Of a stretch of 64,000 nucleotides of DNA, positions 30,021 through 40,079 are shown one piece after another. Source of the DNA: Chloroflexota bacterium (GTDB lineage Bacteria > Chloroflexota > UBA11872 > VXOZ01); the NCBI GenBank assembly GCA_958295775.1, contig CATQHC010000003.1, forward strand, positions 91,419 through 155,418. Reading direction: 5' to 3'. Below the pieces are notes generated by a model. The model searched no databases. It had not been told where the DNA came from and saw nothing but the letters and a program-made list of their open reading frames with translations. The first letter of the stretch is position 1; each line of letters begins with the position of its first letter. The position numbers were made by a program, and so were the translations under genes.

Positions 30021-30777
30021 TGGCCTGGGCTATCTGCCCTGTGCCTGGCTGCACACTGGGCGCATTCTGTTCCAATTGAGCCAGGTAATCGGAAACCACC
30101 GCGCTGATTTTCTTGTGAATTTTCTTTGGGCTGGGCGTCGCGTCTATCATCTTAAAGCCGTATTCGTCTCCGAGCCTGTGAAAGTTCTTCCGCAGCGACG
30201 CTTGGTACTTGAGGAAACTCTCGAACATGCTGCTGCCCATCGGCAAGTCCATGCCGGACTCCCAATAGTTGAGCTCTCCATACTTTGCCAGCGTGCGGTA
30301 GAAGAGCACCTCCGGCTCCGCGTCGAGAAATATGATCAAGTCCGGTTCCAGCGCTATGCCGAACAGACTCTTGAGCCACTTCAGGTCGGCCCCGCGCGCC
30401 AAGTCCCGGGCCATCAACGTGTAGATATAGCGATCGGCGAGCACCACGAAACCGGCCTGCATCGCCGGCACGATGCGGTTCTCCAACTGATCGGCCAGAT
30501 CGGTAGCATAGAGCAAGCTCAGAGTCGTCTTGCCCAGCAGGTTGCCTCGCTTCGCCGAGGATATGGCCTTCCCAAGCAAGTCTGACCGCCGGATGCCCAT
30601 CTCAAGCACGGCGTGTCCCGCTGACTCCAGCGACTCCTTGAGCAATTGCGCTTGGGTCGAGCGCCCGGAACAATCTGATCCTTCGATCACGATCAGCGGA
30701 CCGGCAAGGTCCAGGTCCTCGAGGTGCGGCAGACCGCAGCCGTAGAAGCGTGCATGGGTCGGAATTATGCTGGAAAT
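29989..30777 (-). CDS. Thymidylate-kinase-like protein 2 (divergent P-loop); start uncertain
   Basis: IVIEGSDCSGRSTQ and LADRYIYTLMARD motifs. The frame stays open upstream of the ORF-track start (30690) through RFYGCGLP to an ATT at 30777. Confidence 0.8.
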   Translation of the reverse strand: MSSIIPTHARFYGCGLPHLEDLDLAGPLIVIEGSDCSGRSTQAQLLKESLESAGHAVLEMGIRRSDLLGKAISSAKRGNLLGKTTLSLLYATDLADQLENRIVPAMQAGFVVLADRYIYTLMARDLARGADLKWLKSLFGIALEPDLIIFLDAEPEVLFYRTLAKYGELNYWESGMDLPMGSSMFESFLKYQASLRKNFHRLGDEYGFKMIDATPSPKKIHKKISAVVSDYLAQLEQNAPSVQPGTGQIAQAISRPVRVEED

Positions 30778-30886
30778 TTGCTCATCCCCTTATTGCTGGT
30801 TGTCATGCGTGTTGTTCTGAGTTCGCAAGCCGAGCCAAGCTTGCGCCGCGTGGAATGCGCGAGCGCGGGCCCGCGGCTGCGGCGGG

Positions 30887-31588
30887 TTAGATCTTGCCGG
30901 CCGGCGGCTCATAGTCCGCCAACTTCTCTTGCACCACCTTGTGCACCTCTCCCCAGGTTTCATGGATAGAGCGCGTTGCGTCAATAGTGACAAACTGCTC
31001 ACTGCGCGCCATCTTATCGTACTGGTCTTTGATTCTGCCCTGGAACAGCTTGAAGCTCTCCACCGGATCGAGGGAGAGGCCCACGTCCATACCGGCTTCG
31101 TAGTACTTCAAGGATGGGCGGCCGAAGAGAATGCGGGAGATTGAGACTTCCAACGGCGCGTGAAAATAGAACGCTATGGTCGGCTGCACGGCAAAGCGGT
31201 AGGTGTTGCGCACCCAAGGCAGATCGCAGCCGCGCGCGACGTCCCGCGCATAGGCGGTGTAGACGTAGCGGTCGGCCAGCACGATGCAGCCGGCATGCAG
31301 CGGCGGCAGAATGACCTTTTCGTAGCGATCGGCAAAGTCGCACGCGTGAATGAGGCTAAATGTGGTGGGCGTGAGCAGTTCTTTGCGCTTCGCCCGCCGT
31401 GTCGCCTGCTTCACGATGGCCGAGGAGTTCCACTCGGTAAACACTACCGGGTACCCCTGCGACTGCAACCAGACGCGCAGGAGGTGGAGTTGCGTACTCT
31501 TGCCGGAGCCGTCGCAGCCCTCCACAACGATCAGGCGGCCGGGGTACTTCTTGTTCATGCCTAAGCCGCGGATTTTTTTCAATGCCAC
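30887..31588 (-). CDS. Thymidylate-kinase-like protein 1
   Basis: LIVVEGCDGSGKSTQ, TEWNSS and LADRYVYTAYARD motifs; GGAGAG RBS before GTG 31588. Confidence 0.85.
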   Translation of the reverse strand: MALKKIRGLGMNKKYPGRLIVVEGCDGSGKSTQLHLLRVWLQSQGYPVVFTEWNSSAIVKQATRRAKRKELLTPTTFSLIHACDFADRYEKVILPPLHAGCIVLADRYVYTAYARDVARGCDLPWVRNTYRFAVQPTIAFYFHAPLEVSISRILFGRPSLKYYEAGMDVGLSLDPVESFKLFQGRIKDQYDKMARSEQFVTIDATRSIHETWGEVHKVVQEKLADYEPPAGKI

Positions 31589-31693
31589 TTGTAATCTCTC
31601 CCTATTAAGAATTGCTGTACGGAACGCGGGGGTTGCTGGCTGAGGGACGGGCTTCAGGCGGAGCTGAATCCTTGAAGGAAGCCTCAAGTCTGA

Positions 31694-33394
31694 CTACGGT
31701 ACGACCTCGGAACCTGCCCGTTTCAAGCGGTCATGCGTGTAGTCAAGATTAAAGTTTACACCAAATGCGGCTGCTATGTCAGTGAGCATCGCCTTAGTTT
31801 CGCGAATTTCGCACACGGCGTCGGGGTCTGCCGCAAGTTGCAGGGACACTTCGCGGCGATTGTCTGACACCACGCACGTGATGGCCTCTACTAAGCTCGA
31901 TTCGCTGCGGTCGAGCGCCTCGCTGAGTTGAAGGATTCCGCCTAGCTTGGTCACGGCGTCCACGTCTTGCTTCTTCAGGAGCGAGCGATACTCCGGCCAG
32001 CGTTTCAATGGCCCGACATTGCCGTTATGCACGGCCACCAGACAGGCAACTATGAGCAACTCGCGGTGAGAGAGACCGTCGATGCCCGTACGCGTGAGCA
32101 GATAGAAGCCGTGTTCGTCGTGGTTATAGTAGTTCACGGCAATGCCCACGTCGTGGAGGAGCGCCGCAATGTGCAGCAGCCTGCGCAAATCGGCACGCAA
32201 GCCGTGGACTGGCGCGAGCTGGTCAAAGAGCGCCAGCGCCAGATCGGATACATGATTCGCGTGGGTTTCGTCCACACTGTAGTAACGCATGAGGTTGGTG
32301 GCGGCAAAGAGCGCCGGGTCCGGCACGCGCGGTTCTATCAAGCCGCCACCGAGCACGTGATTCAGAAACAAGCCCTCGCGCAGGCCTCTCCCGCTGATGG
32401 CGAGCGCAGTGGCGCCAGCCGTCTGCGCGAGGCTGCACACGACCGCCGCTCCCGCGACAATGATGTCGGCCCGCTTGGTGGAAAGTCCGGGGACTTTACG
32501 CCGTTCCTCGAGGCTGAGCTTCCGGAGCATGGCGTAGATGTCTTCAACGGCGGCAATCGGTAGGATCATGCCGTGGAGGAGGTCGAGCGGGTAGCCCGTC
32601 CGCCGGCGGTAGATTTTGGCCAGATTGCGCGCGGTGCCGCCAATGCCGATCATGACCGGCTTGCCTTTGTGTAAGAGGGTGGCGTCTTTGCGCGGCCTGC
32701 GCGCGGCGTTTTCGCGCGGCTTACGCGCGGCGTTTTCGCGCGGCTTGCGCTTGGCGGCCTGCTTGCCGGAGCGCAAGGGCGCGGCAACGTCGTCGTGCCC
32801 GTTGAGCCAAGGGAGGGCCTGGAGATTGGTCTTGATGTGGTCCTCGAGCGTGCGCAACTGTTTGTTGGTGGGCTTATCCCGGTCGAGGAACGCGCTGGTA
32901 AGCGTGATTGCGCCCAGCGGCACGCTCGTCATGTGTGTGGCGGCGCCTGCGTGCGTGCGCACGATCTGCACGCTGCCACCCCCAATGTCTACGACGAGGC
33001 CGTTTGAGGCTGCGGCGCTGTTGGCCGCTGCGATGTAGTCGTAATAGGCTTCCTCATCACCGGATATGATGCTGATGCGCAGACCGGTCTCGGCTCTAAT
33101 GCGGTCGACGATTTCCGGTCCGTTACGGGCCCGCCGCAGGGCGCTCGTGGCAACGCCGATAACGTGCGTGACGCGATGCGCGGTGCAGAAGCGTGCGAGT
33201 ACGCGGGAAATCTCCAACGTGCGCGCGGTGGCCTCGGCAGTGAGGTAGCCGTCCTCATCGAGCTGTTCCCCCAGCCGCAGCGTCTCACGCAGTTCGTCCA
33301 CGAGCTTGAACGCACGGTCCGCATAGACCTCCAAGAGCGCCAAACGCGCTGAGTTGGAGCCGATGTCGATGACGGCCACGCGTTCTCCGGTCAT
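31694..33394 (-). CDS. ppx: Exopolyphosphatase Ppx/GppA with HD domain
   Basis: IDIGSNSARL, ATSALRRARN, DIGGGS, GLREG and AALLHDVG motifs. Confidence 0.93.
   Translation of the reverse strand: MTGERVAVIDIGSNSARLALLEVYADRAFKLVDELRETLRLGEQLDEDGYLTAEATARTLEISRVLARFCTAHRVTHVIGVATSALRRARNGPEIVDRIRAETGLRISIISGDEEAYYDYIAAANSAAASNGLVVDIGGGSVQIVRTHAGAATHMTSVPLGAITLTSAFLDRDKPTNKQLRTLEDHIKTNLQALPWLNGHDDVAAPLRSGKQAAKRKPRENAARKPRENAARRPRKDATLLHKGKPVMIGIGGTARNLAKIYRRRTGYPLDLLHGMILPIAAVEDIYAMLRKLSLEERRKVPGLSTKRADIIVAGAAVVCSLAQTAGATALAISGRGLREGLFLNHVLGGGLIEPRVPDPALFAATNLMRYYSVDETHANHVSDLALALFDQLAPVHGLRADLRRLLHIAALLHDVGIAVNYYNHDEHGFYLLTRTGIDGLSHRELLIVACLVAVHNGNVGPLKRWPEYRSLLKKQDVDAVTKLGGILQLSEALDRSESSLVEAITCVVSDNRREVSLQLAADPDAVCEIRETKAMLTDIAAAFGVNFNLDYTHDRLKRAGSEVVP
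32681..32752. repeat. In-frame 24-bp tandem repeat (x3) inside ppx
   Basis: GGCGTTTTCGCGCGGCTTRCGCGC-like units encoding KPRENAAR-KPRENAAR-RPRKDA. Confidence 0.88.
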
Positions 33395-33437
33395 GCTTCC
33401 TCCTCGTCAAGTTGCGGCGATGGCTGCGCGCGGGACG

Positions 33438-34457
33438 CTACGCCGAAGACGACACAATCTCTTGCAAGCGCTGACGGAACTCGACCCCGGTGAGACGTTC
33501 CCAGATAACCGGAAACGTATGCGCGTATGTCCGTACGCGCTCGTCGCAATAGGCGAGGTATCCGCCCAACGCTTCCTGGGCCGCGGCGGGATGACGCGCT
33601 TCAGCCTCGCTGCGCTGCCACTTTTCCAGAAGCTTGCGCAGGTCGACACCGGCCACGTACGCATCGTTCAGTTCGCCAAGATGATCTTGGGCGCGCTTGA
33701 TCTCCTCGATTGTGGCTTTCGCTTGCGGAGCAAGGGCCTCGCGGAGGAATTCCATAGCGTAGCGCAGACGCTTACAATCGATGCGCACCGCGTGCAACGT
33801 CTCTATCGACGCGCCGTGGAGCGAAGGACCGTACCTGAGCAGCTTTTCATAGCGTTTGCAGATGAGGCGCGGCGTCTCGGTGGCAACGCGCGATTCACCC
33901 TTGGGAGAGAACGGCGCCGTTTGGCCGTTACTGCCGGCGGAAGGGGATTCAAGCGGAGATTCACTGGCAAGGAGTGTGCCTACTCTTTGCTTTAGCACTT
34001 GGTACCGTTTGCTTTCCAGGTACTTCAGCATCGCTTTGCGGGCGCGGGCGCGCCGCTTCTGCCAGCGCTGCGCGAGTGGGTTCAACGCAGCCTGCCCGTC
34101 CGCCGGCAGAGTGGCGCGGTAGGCGGCCAGGTTCTCAAGCATGACGTCACAATCCCGTGCGGGTCCAAGGGCGCGTCCGAGGCGGCGCAGGTCTTTGCGC
34201 AGGTAGGCGGCGTGCTGCTTGGGGAGATAGGGGCGAAACAACAGTACTGCCGCACGCAGCCGGCGCACGGCAACCCGCATATCGTGCAGTTCTAAGCTGT
34301 CGCTGCCAGCAATGGCGCCGGCTTCATGCCGCAACACGCGGTTGAAATGCAAGCGCAGAGCCTTGCGCGCGGCCGCGTGCACGGTGTCGTGCCGCGCTAT
34401 CCCCGGACGTTTCGTGGACGGCTTGACGTTTGCTGTCGTTGTGATCGCTCTCTCCAA
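33438..34457 (-). CDS. CHAD-domain polyphosphate-binding protein
   Basis: LHDMRVAVRRLRA, LGPARDCDV, LHAVRIDCKRLRYAME and QDHLGELND motifs. Confidence 0.93.
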   Translation of the reverse strand: MERAITTTANVKPSTKRPGIARHDTVHAAARKALRLHFNRVLRHEAGAIAGSDSLELHDMRVAVRRLRAAVLLFRPYLPKQHAAYLRKDLRRLGRALGPARDCDVMLENLAAYRATLPADGQAALNPLAQRWQKRRARARKAMLKYLESKRYQVLKQRVGTLLASESPLESPSAGSNGQTAPFSPKGESRVATETPRLICKRYEKLLRYGPSLHGASIETLHAVRIDCKRLRYAMEFLREALAPQAKATIEEIKRAQDHLGELNDAYVAGVDLRKLLEKWQRSEAEARHPAAAQEALGGYLAYCDERVRTYAHTFPVIWERLTGVEFRQRLQEIVSSSA

Positions 34458-34917
34458 CCGTAACGGAAAGGTGCGGCAGTGTGAGATTCGGGTTTAGTGC
34501 GCCAATGCAGGAGGCGTACGCAGGGGCAGCCCGACACTTCGGAGTGATTGCTAAGAGTAACTCCCAAGCTCAATGCCGATGCGCGTGCGACCGTTGCCTC
34601 CAAGGGACTTTCTTCCGACCGGTCCCGGACGCACATCGCGCCTGCGCTCAACATTAACCTACCAAGGTTGGCGTGAGATTGCGAGACTATTGCCGCCGCA
34701 GTGTTGGCCGGATGGTTAAGGATGACAAACGCGTGGGCTCGAGTTCGGTGTAGTAGGGAGCAGGACTGTCCGGTCAATCTAGCAGGTGAGTGAGCCGCGA
34801 GACTACACTTGCCGCTAAATTCCACTAGCGTCGGCCGCAATTCTACGCCCAGCCACCGTAGGGGCAACCCTTGTGGTTGCCCTCTTCTCTTTCGTCCAAT
34901 TGAGGGAGACTGGCCGT

Positions 34918-36048
34918 TTACACGCCTACACCGGCAAGCGCTTCCGCCAGCGCCGTTTCACAGGCCTCCACGTCTGCGGGCGTATTGTAGAAATGCGGCG
35001 AGATGCGCACGCGCCCCTCTTTGTACCAGACCTGAACGCCGGCAGCTTGCAGCGCGTCTCCCAGCCGCTGGTAGTGCGGCGTTTCAAAGGACACGATGCC
35101 TGCGCGCTGCCGTGGGTCGCGCGGTGTCAGCGGTGTGATCCCCAGCCCTGTCAGACCGCCGTGAACCCGGCCGGAAAGCTCGAGCACGCGCTCCGTAATG
35201 TACGGCATCCCCACCTGCCGCAAGAATCCCAGCGCGGCGTGGAGCGTATAGACCGCGGTGTAGTCGAGAAGTCCGGTCTCGAACCGGCGCGCGTCGTCGT
35301 GGAACGCATAATCGAGGGTATCGACGACGGTTGGTGGTGCCGCGGCGCCGCGCCAGCCGGCATAAAACGGCTGCACCGCGTCGATACGGTCTTGGCGGCA
35401 GTACAGAAAGGCCAGCCCGTGAGTCGCGAGCAGCCATTTGCGGGTGCAGGCGGCGATAAAATCGACAGAACCGACCGCCAGCGGCACCGCGCCCACCGAC
35501 TGCGAGGCGTCAACGAGCAGCAACGCGCCGTGATCGTGAGCGCAGTCCGCCGCGGCCTCCAGGTCTGCCCGGTAGCCGGAGCGATAGCTGACGTGGCTGA
35601 TGACGACAAGCCGGGTGCGGTCGTCCACGTGCGCGGCAAGGGCCGCCGGGGTCACCACGCCGCCGGTGTGGCGCACCAACCGTACCTCTACGCCAAGGCG
35701 CCGGCCCAGGTGGAGGCACGCGATGATGGAACTGGGAAACTCCAGGTCGGTAACGACCAGGTTGTCGCCCGCTGCCCAAGGCAGGCCGTAGAGAATGGCG
35801 TTCACGCATTCGGTGGTGCTCGACAGCAGGGCGATTTCCGGCGCGCTGCACCCAATGAACGCAGCGACCCGCTGGCGGCAGTCGGCTTCGACTTCCTGCA
35901 TTTCCGTGGGCGTGATCGCGCCCTGCAGCTTTTCCTCGGTGTACTGCTGCAGCGCGGCAGCGACCGTCCGCCCCAGGCACGACCCCGCCGCCGTATTGAG
36001 ATAGACCCGTCCGCACAATCCCGGAAATTCGTCACGCCAGTCGGTCAT
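34918..36048 (-). CDS. Class V PLP-dependent aminotransferase / cysteine desulfurase-like
   Basis: YLNTAA, LEFPS, VDASQSVG, RKWLL and RISPHFYN motifs. Confidence 0.88.
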   Translation of the reverse strand: MTDWRDEFPGLCGRVYLNTAAGSCLGRTVAAALQQYTEEKLQGAITPTEMQEVEADCRQRVAAFIGCSAPEIALLSSTTECVNAILYGLPWAAGDNLVVTDLEFPSSIIACLHLGRRLGVEVRLVRHTGGVVTPAALAAHVDDRTRLVVISHVSYRSGYRADLEAAADCAHDHGALLLVDASQSVGAVPLAVGSVDFIAACTRKWLLATHGLAFLYCRQDRIDAVQPFYAGWRGAAAPPTVVDTLDYAFHDDARRFETGLLDYTAVYTLHAALGFLRQVGMPYITERVLELSGRVHGGLTGLGITPLTPRDPRQRAGIVSFETPHYQRLGDALQAAGVQVWYKEGRVRISPHFYNTPADVEACETALAEALAGVGV

Positions 36049-36329
36049 GATAGGCAGGCTCCTCACGTTGCATGAATCGTAGGACACTCCGGCAGAACCC
36101 ATGGACAGTCGACAGCCATTCAGCTTGTCACCAAGCTACCAAGTCTGCGGGCAGTATACGGTGAAGAAGAGTAGGGTGTGTACGATTTCACTGTCGTCAG
36201 GATGCCACAATGAGCGCACATCTTGCTATCAAAGGCAGCGGGCCATGGGTAGACTGAAAGGAGTAGCTTGACGACAGTCTATCTAGGCGTGGCCGCGAAA
36301 GCCATTAGAGTCCCTGAGGTTGGTGTGTT

Positions 36330-38279
36330 GTGACCCGCGAGCAGCGGCTAAGTTTTATCGGCATTAGTTTGGCGCTCTTCTTGGCGGCGCTGGATCAAAC
36401 CATTGTCACCACGGCCTTGCCGCGCATTACGCAGGAACTCGGCGGCTTGGACTATTACGCCTGGGTGGTTACGTCGTACCTCCTCGCGTCGGTGCTGGGG
36501 CTGCCGCTCTTTGGGCGTCTCATCGAATTGTTCGCTGCCAAGTGGGTGCTGTTGGCCGCGGTGAGTATCTTTCTGGCCGGCTCTGTGCTCTCCGGCCTGG
36601 CGCCGGGGATCGAGGCGCTGATCGCGTTTCGTTTCCTGCAGGGCCTTGGCGGCGGCGGCATCTTAGCCTTGACGGTCACGCTGATTGCCCTGCTCTTTCC
36701 CTCCCGCGAGCGGGGCAAGCGGCAGGGCATGATGGGCGCCGTGTTCGGCATCTCCAGTGTGGCCGGGCCGTGGCTCGGCGGTCTGCTGACCGACCTCCTC
36801 TCCTGGCGCTGGATCTTTTACATCAACGTGCCCGTGGGTGTGGTCGCCGTCATCTTCATCGTGGGTTTCATGCCGCAACTCCGGCCCGAGCAGCGCGGTC
36901 GCTTCGACCTGCCGGGTATGAGTCTGCTCGCGCTGTGGGTCATGCCGCTGGTGGTCGCGCTGTCCTTAGGCGGCACGAACTATCCCTGGCTTTCGGTGCA
37001 GGTGCTTGGCTTGGCCGCTTTCGCGGTCGCAGCCCTACTTCTTTTTGTGTGGTGGCAGCGGCGCAGCGCCGAGCCGCTGGTTCAACTCAACCTCTTTCAA
37101 ACCAAGGTCTTTCGTTGGGCGGTGGCAGGCAGCTTCTTCTTTGGCGGCGCGTTTCTTGGCTCCGTAGTCTTTCTGCCGCTCTATCTCGTGCACGTGAAGG
37201 GCTTTTCGGCAACGAATTCCGGCCTTTCCATCACGCCGCTGGTGATGGGTGTCGTGGTGGGCAGCATTACCGGGGGCCAGATTGCCAGCCGCACCGGACG
37301 TTACAAGCTCCCGCTCATCACCTCGCTTTGTATCGGTATCGTCGGCTTCGCCGCCTTCGCCCTCAATCTGCGCGTGGATACGCCCCTATGGCAGGTGATC
37401 CCGCTCATGATCGTGATCGGTGTGTGCCTGGGCCCGTCGCTGCCGCTCTATACCCTGGCCGTGCAGAATGCCGTGCCGCGCAACCGTCTCGGCACCGCCA
37501 CCAGCACGCTGCAGTTCATGCGCCAGGTAGGGTCCACGGCGTCAATTGCGCTCATGGGCGCCGTGCTCGCCGCAACGGTTACCGCGACTACCGCCACCCA
37601 GGTACCGGCGGCAATGCGCGCGCAAGTTACGGCGCTGAGCCCGGACGAGGTCGGCAACGTCGGCAACCTGGCCAGTGAAGTACAGGCGCGTTTTGCAGCG
37701 CTCGAGCAACAGGTTGCGGCAGCATTGAATGGGGACGAAGCTGCGCGCAAGGCCTTGCTGGAAGACCCGACAGTGCGCCCGGAGTTTGCGGCTCGCCTGC
37801 AGCCGAATAGCGTCCGCGATCAGGTGCGGCTACAGTTGGTCTCAACTCTTGGCCAGATCGAGGCCGCGCTCGCAGGTAACGCTGCCGCCCGCGCAGTAGC
37901 GCTGCAGAATCCCCTCATTCCGGCAGAGGTGAAAGCCCTGCTGCAAGACCCACCAACTGCTGACGCCGCCCGCAACGAACTCCTCAATGCGATTCGAGAA
38001 CGGATGCAGTCTCACGAGCAGACCCTGATACGCGAGGCAACAACACTGGCGGTTGCCCAAAGCCAAGCTGAATTGCGCAGCCAGGCAGCCGCGGTCATTG
38101 CCGCACTAACGAACGCGCTCAATTCAGGCATCACCGACGCCATTAGGCGGGTCTACTCATTCGCCACGGCGTTGATGCTCTTCAGCTTTCTCGCCGCATT
38201 GCTGCTCCCCGACGTCGAGCTTGGTGGAGCGCCGCAATCGAGGCGTGAGAAGGAGCCGCTTCCCGCTGATGCCCCGTAG
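36330..38279 (+). CDS. DHA2 (14-TM) MFS efflux transporter with a large C-terminal loop insertion
   Basis: FLAALDQTIVTTALP, RFLQGLGGG and WRWIFYINVPVG motifs. Confidence 0.9.
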   Translation: MTREQRLSFIGISLALFLAALDQTIVTTALPRITQELGGLDYYAWVVTSYLLASVLGLPLFGRLIELFAAKWVLLAAVSIFLAGSVLSGLAPGIEALIAFRFLQGLGGGGILALTVTLIALLFPSRERGKRQGMMGAVFGISSVAGPWLGGLLTDLLSWRWIFYINVPVGVVAVIFIVGFMPQLRPEQRGRFDLPGMSLLALWVMPLVVALSLGGTNYPWLSVQVLGLAAFAVAALLLFVWWQRRSAEPLVQLNLFQTKVFRWAVAGSFFFGGAFLGSVVFLPLYLVHVKGFSATNSGLSITPLVMGVVVGSITGGQIASRTGRYKLPLITSLCIGIVGFAAFALNLRVDTPLWQVIPLMIVIGVCLGPSLPLYTLAVQNAVPRNRLGTATSTLQFMRQVGSTASIALMGAVLAATVTATTATQVPAAMRAQVTALSPDEVGNVGNLASEVQARFAALEQQVAAALNGDEAARKALLEDPTVRPEFAARLQPNSVRDQVRLQLVSTLGQIEAALAGNAAARAVALQNPLIPAEVKALLQDPPTADAARNELLNAIRERMQSHEQTLIREATTLAVAQSQAELRSQAAAVIAALTNALNSGITDAIRRVYSFATALMLFSFLAALLLPDVELGGAPQSRREKEPLPADAP

Positions 38280-38456
38280 AGCCTTCGACAAAGTCAATTC
38301 AGTGTGCGTAGGTGTCACTGGGGCGCGGCGAACTATTGAACGGACCACTTCTAGGGCTGCCGGTCGGCGCAGGTTGCAAACCTGCGCTACCGGAGAACCC
38401 GGCGCTCAGTCTGGGACTGCCGTGCGCGTATGCTACAATTGGAGTGAAATCTTCCG

Positions 38457-38528
38457 GCCGACGTAGCTCAGTGGTAGAGCAATGGTTTCGTAAACCATAG
38501 GCCGCCGGTTCGAATCCGGCCGTCGGCT
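38457..38528 (+). tRNA. tRNA-Thr(CGT)
   Basis: GCCGACG/CGTCGGC acceptor stem, ATGGT-TTCGTAA-ACCAT anticodon arm, TTCGAAT; upstream TGCTACAAT extended -10. Confidence 0.96.
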
Positions 38529-38746
38529 CCTAAAACACTGACACTACCGAGTAAAGCAGCGCATTCGCCGGGTTCGTTGCGAGGCGCTGCTTCTTTAGTT
38601 GGCAACAGCATGGGTGCCGCTCTGCCGGGGGCGACGGCACCTTAGAAAGCACCGTGGTAAAGCGCGTGTTCGTGGTTCTGTACGGTACGGGAGAGCGGCG
38701 CTGCTCTCGCTGTTCCCGCTTCGGTCTCAATCGCTAGACCGCCACT

Positions 38747-39655
38747 ATGGGATCCTCCCAAGTAGCGAATCGCAACCCCGATGCCAGCATCGTCGCGCTT
38801 GTCCTGCTCCTCGCGTTGCTGTGGGGCGGCAATTCCGTTGCCATCAAGATTGGCCTGCAGGATATTCCGCCGTTAGCGCTGGCGGGATTCCGTTTCATCA
38901 TCGGACTGGCGGCCGTAACCGGCTGGGCCCTTTACCAGCGGGTACGGATCAGGCTGGAACCCGGCGAACTCGTGCCGCTCATTTGGCTTTCGCTGATCTT
39001 CCTGCTCCAAATCATTGCCCTCAACGTCGGCACGCACTACACGACCTCCTCCCGCTCAATCGTGCTCAACAGCACCTATCCGCTCTTTACCACCCTCTTC
39101 GCGCACTTCATGTTGCAGGGCGACCGGCTGACCGTGCCCAAGTCACTGGGCATCCTGCTTGCCTTCGGCGGGGTGACGTTTACGTTTATGGAGAGCATGA
39201 ATCTGGCTTCACGTGAGTACCTGCTCGGCGACGCAATTGTGCTGGCAAGCGGCGCCCTCCTGGGATTGCGTGTCGTCGCCACCAAGCGGCTGGTGCAGAG
39301 CATCCACCCCTACCGCCTCTTGATCTGGTCCATGCTCTTTAGCCTGCCCTGCTTCTTCCTCCTGAGCCTGATCTTCGAGCAGGGCTGGGAGTATCAAGTA
39401 TCGCTCTCCAGCGTCGCGGCGATTCTCTATCAGGGGCTGGTGGTGGCAGGTTTCTGCTTCGTGGCTTGGACATCGGTGCTGCAGTTCTACAAAGCGAGTC
39501 GCCTGGTGGTGCTCTTCTTTGCCACCCCGCTCTTTGGCGTGGTGCTGAGCAGGCTGCTGTTAGACGAACCGCTCGGCCTCGAGTTGATTGCGGGCGCCGT
39601 GCTGGTGGCGGCCGGGATCTATTTGGTCAACCGAACGAAGGAAGAGGAAGGGTAG
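38747..39655 (+). CDS. DMT/EamA-family transporter
   Basis: LLWGGNSVAIKIGLQDIPPLALAGFRF; two EamA repeats, about 10 TM segments. Confidence 0.9.
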   Translation: MGSSQVANRNPDASIVALVLLLALLWGGNSVAIKIGLQDIPPLALAGFRFIIGLAAVTGWALYQRVRIRLEPGELVPLIWLSLIFLLQIIALNVGTHYTTSSRSIVLNSTYPLFTTLFAHFMLQGDRLTVPKSLGILLAFGGVTFTFMESMNLASREYLLGDAIVLASGALLGLRVVATKRLVQSIHPYRLLIWSMLFSLPCFFLLSLIFEQGWEYQVSLSSVAAILYQGLVVAGFCFVAWTSVLQFYKASRLVVLFFATPLFGVVLSRLLLDEPLGLELIAGAVLVAAGIYLVNRTKEEEG

Positions 39656-39961
39656 GTGTATGCCGGGATGCCGCCGCGGTGGCGATTTGAAATCGGCATG
39701 GAGGGATCAACCCTCACCCCCTCCCTCTCCCAGGCTTGGGAGAGGGAAGATGCGGAGCGGAAAGAGGAAGAGCGAGTGCCAGCTTCTCCGTAAAGTCGTG
39801 CCGCTGCCGGTGTCCGTGAGGCTGGGTTTAGTTGCCGGGAGCAGGCTCATTCTAAGCGCCCCTAGGACAGCGAAACGGGCGCGCAAAAGGGTGACAAAGG
39901 GGCCGCTTGGCTGCTATACTTAACTGTGAGGAAGCGTATACCAGCTTGCTGCCTGATTTAT

Positions 39962-40045
39962 GGGTCGGTGGGCGAGCGGTCAAAACCACCAGACTGTAAA
40001 TCTGGCGCCGTAATGGCTACGGAGGTTCGAATCCTCCCCGGCCCA
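39962..40045 (+). tRNA. tRNA-Tyr(GTA)
   Basis: CCAGA-CTGTAAA-TCTGG anticodon arm, long variable arm and GGTTCGAATCC. Confidence 0.96.
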
Positions 40046-40079
40046 CCGCGATAGTTCTCCGCGTGATTGAGAACGCTTT

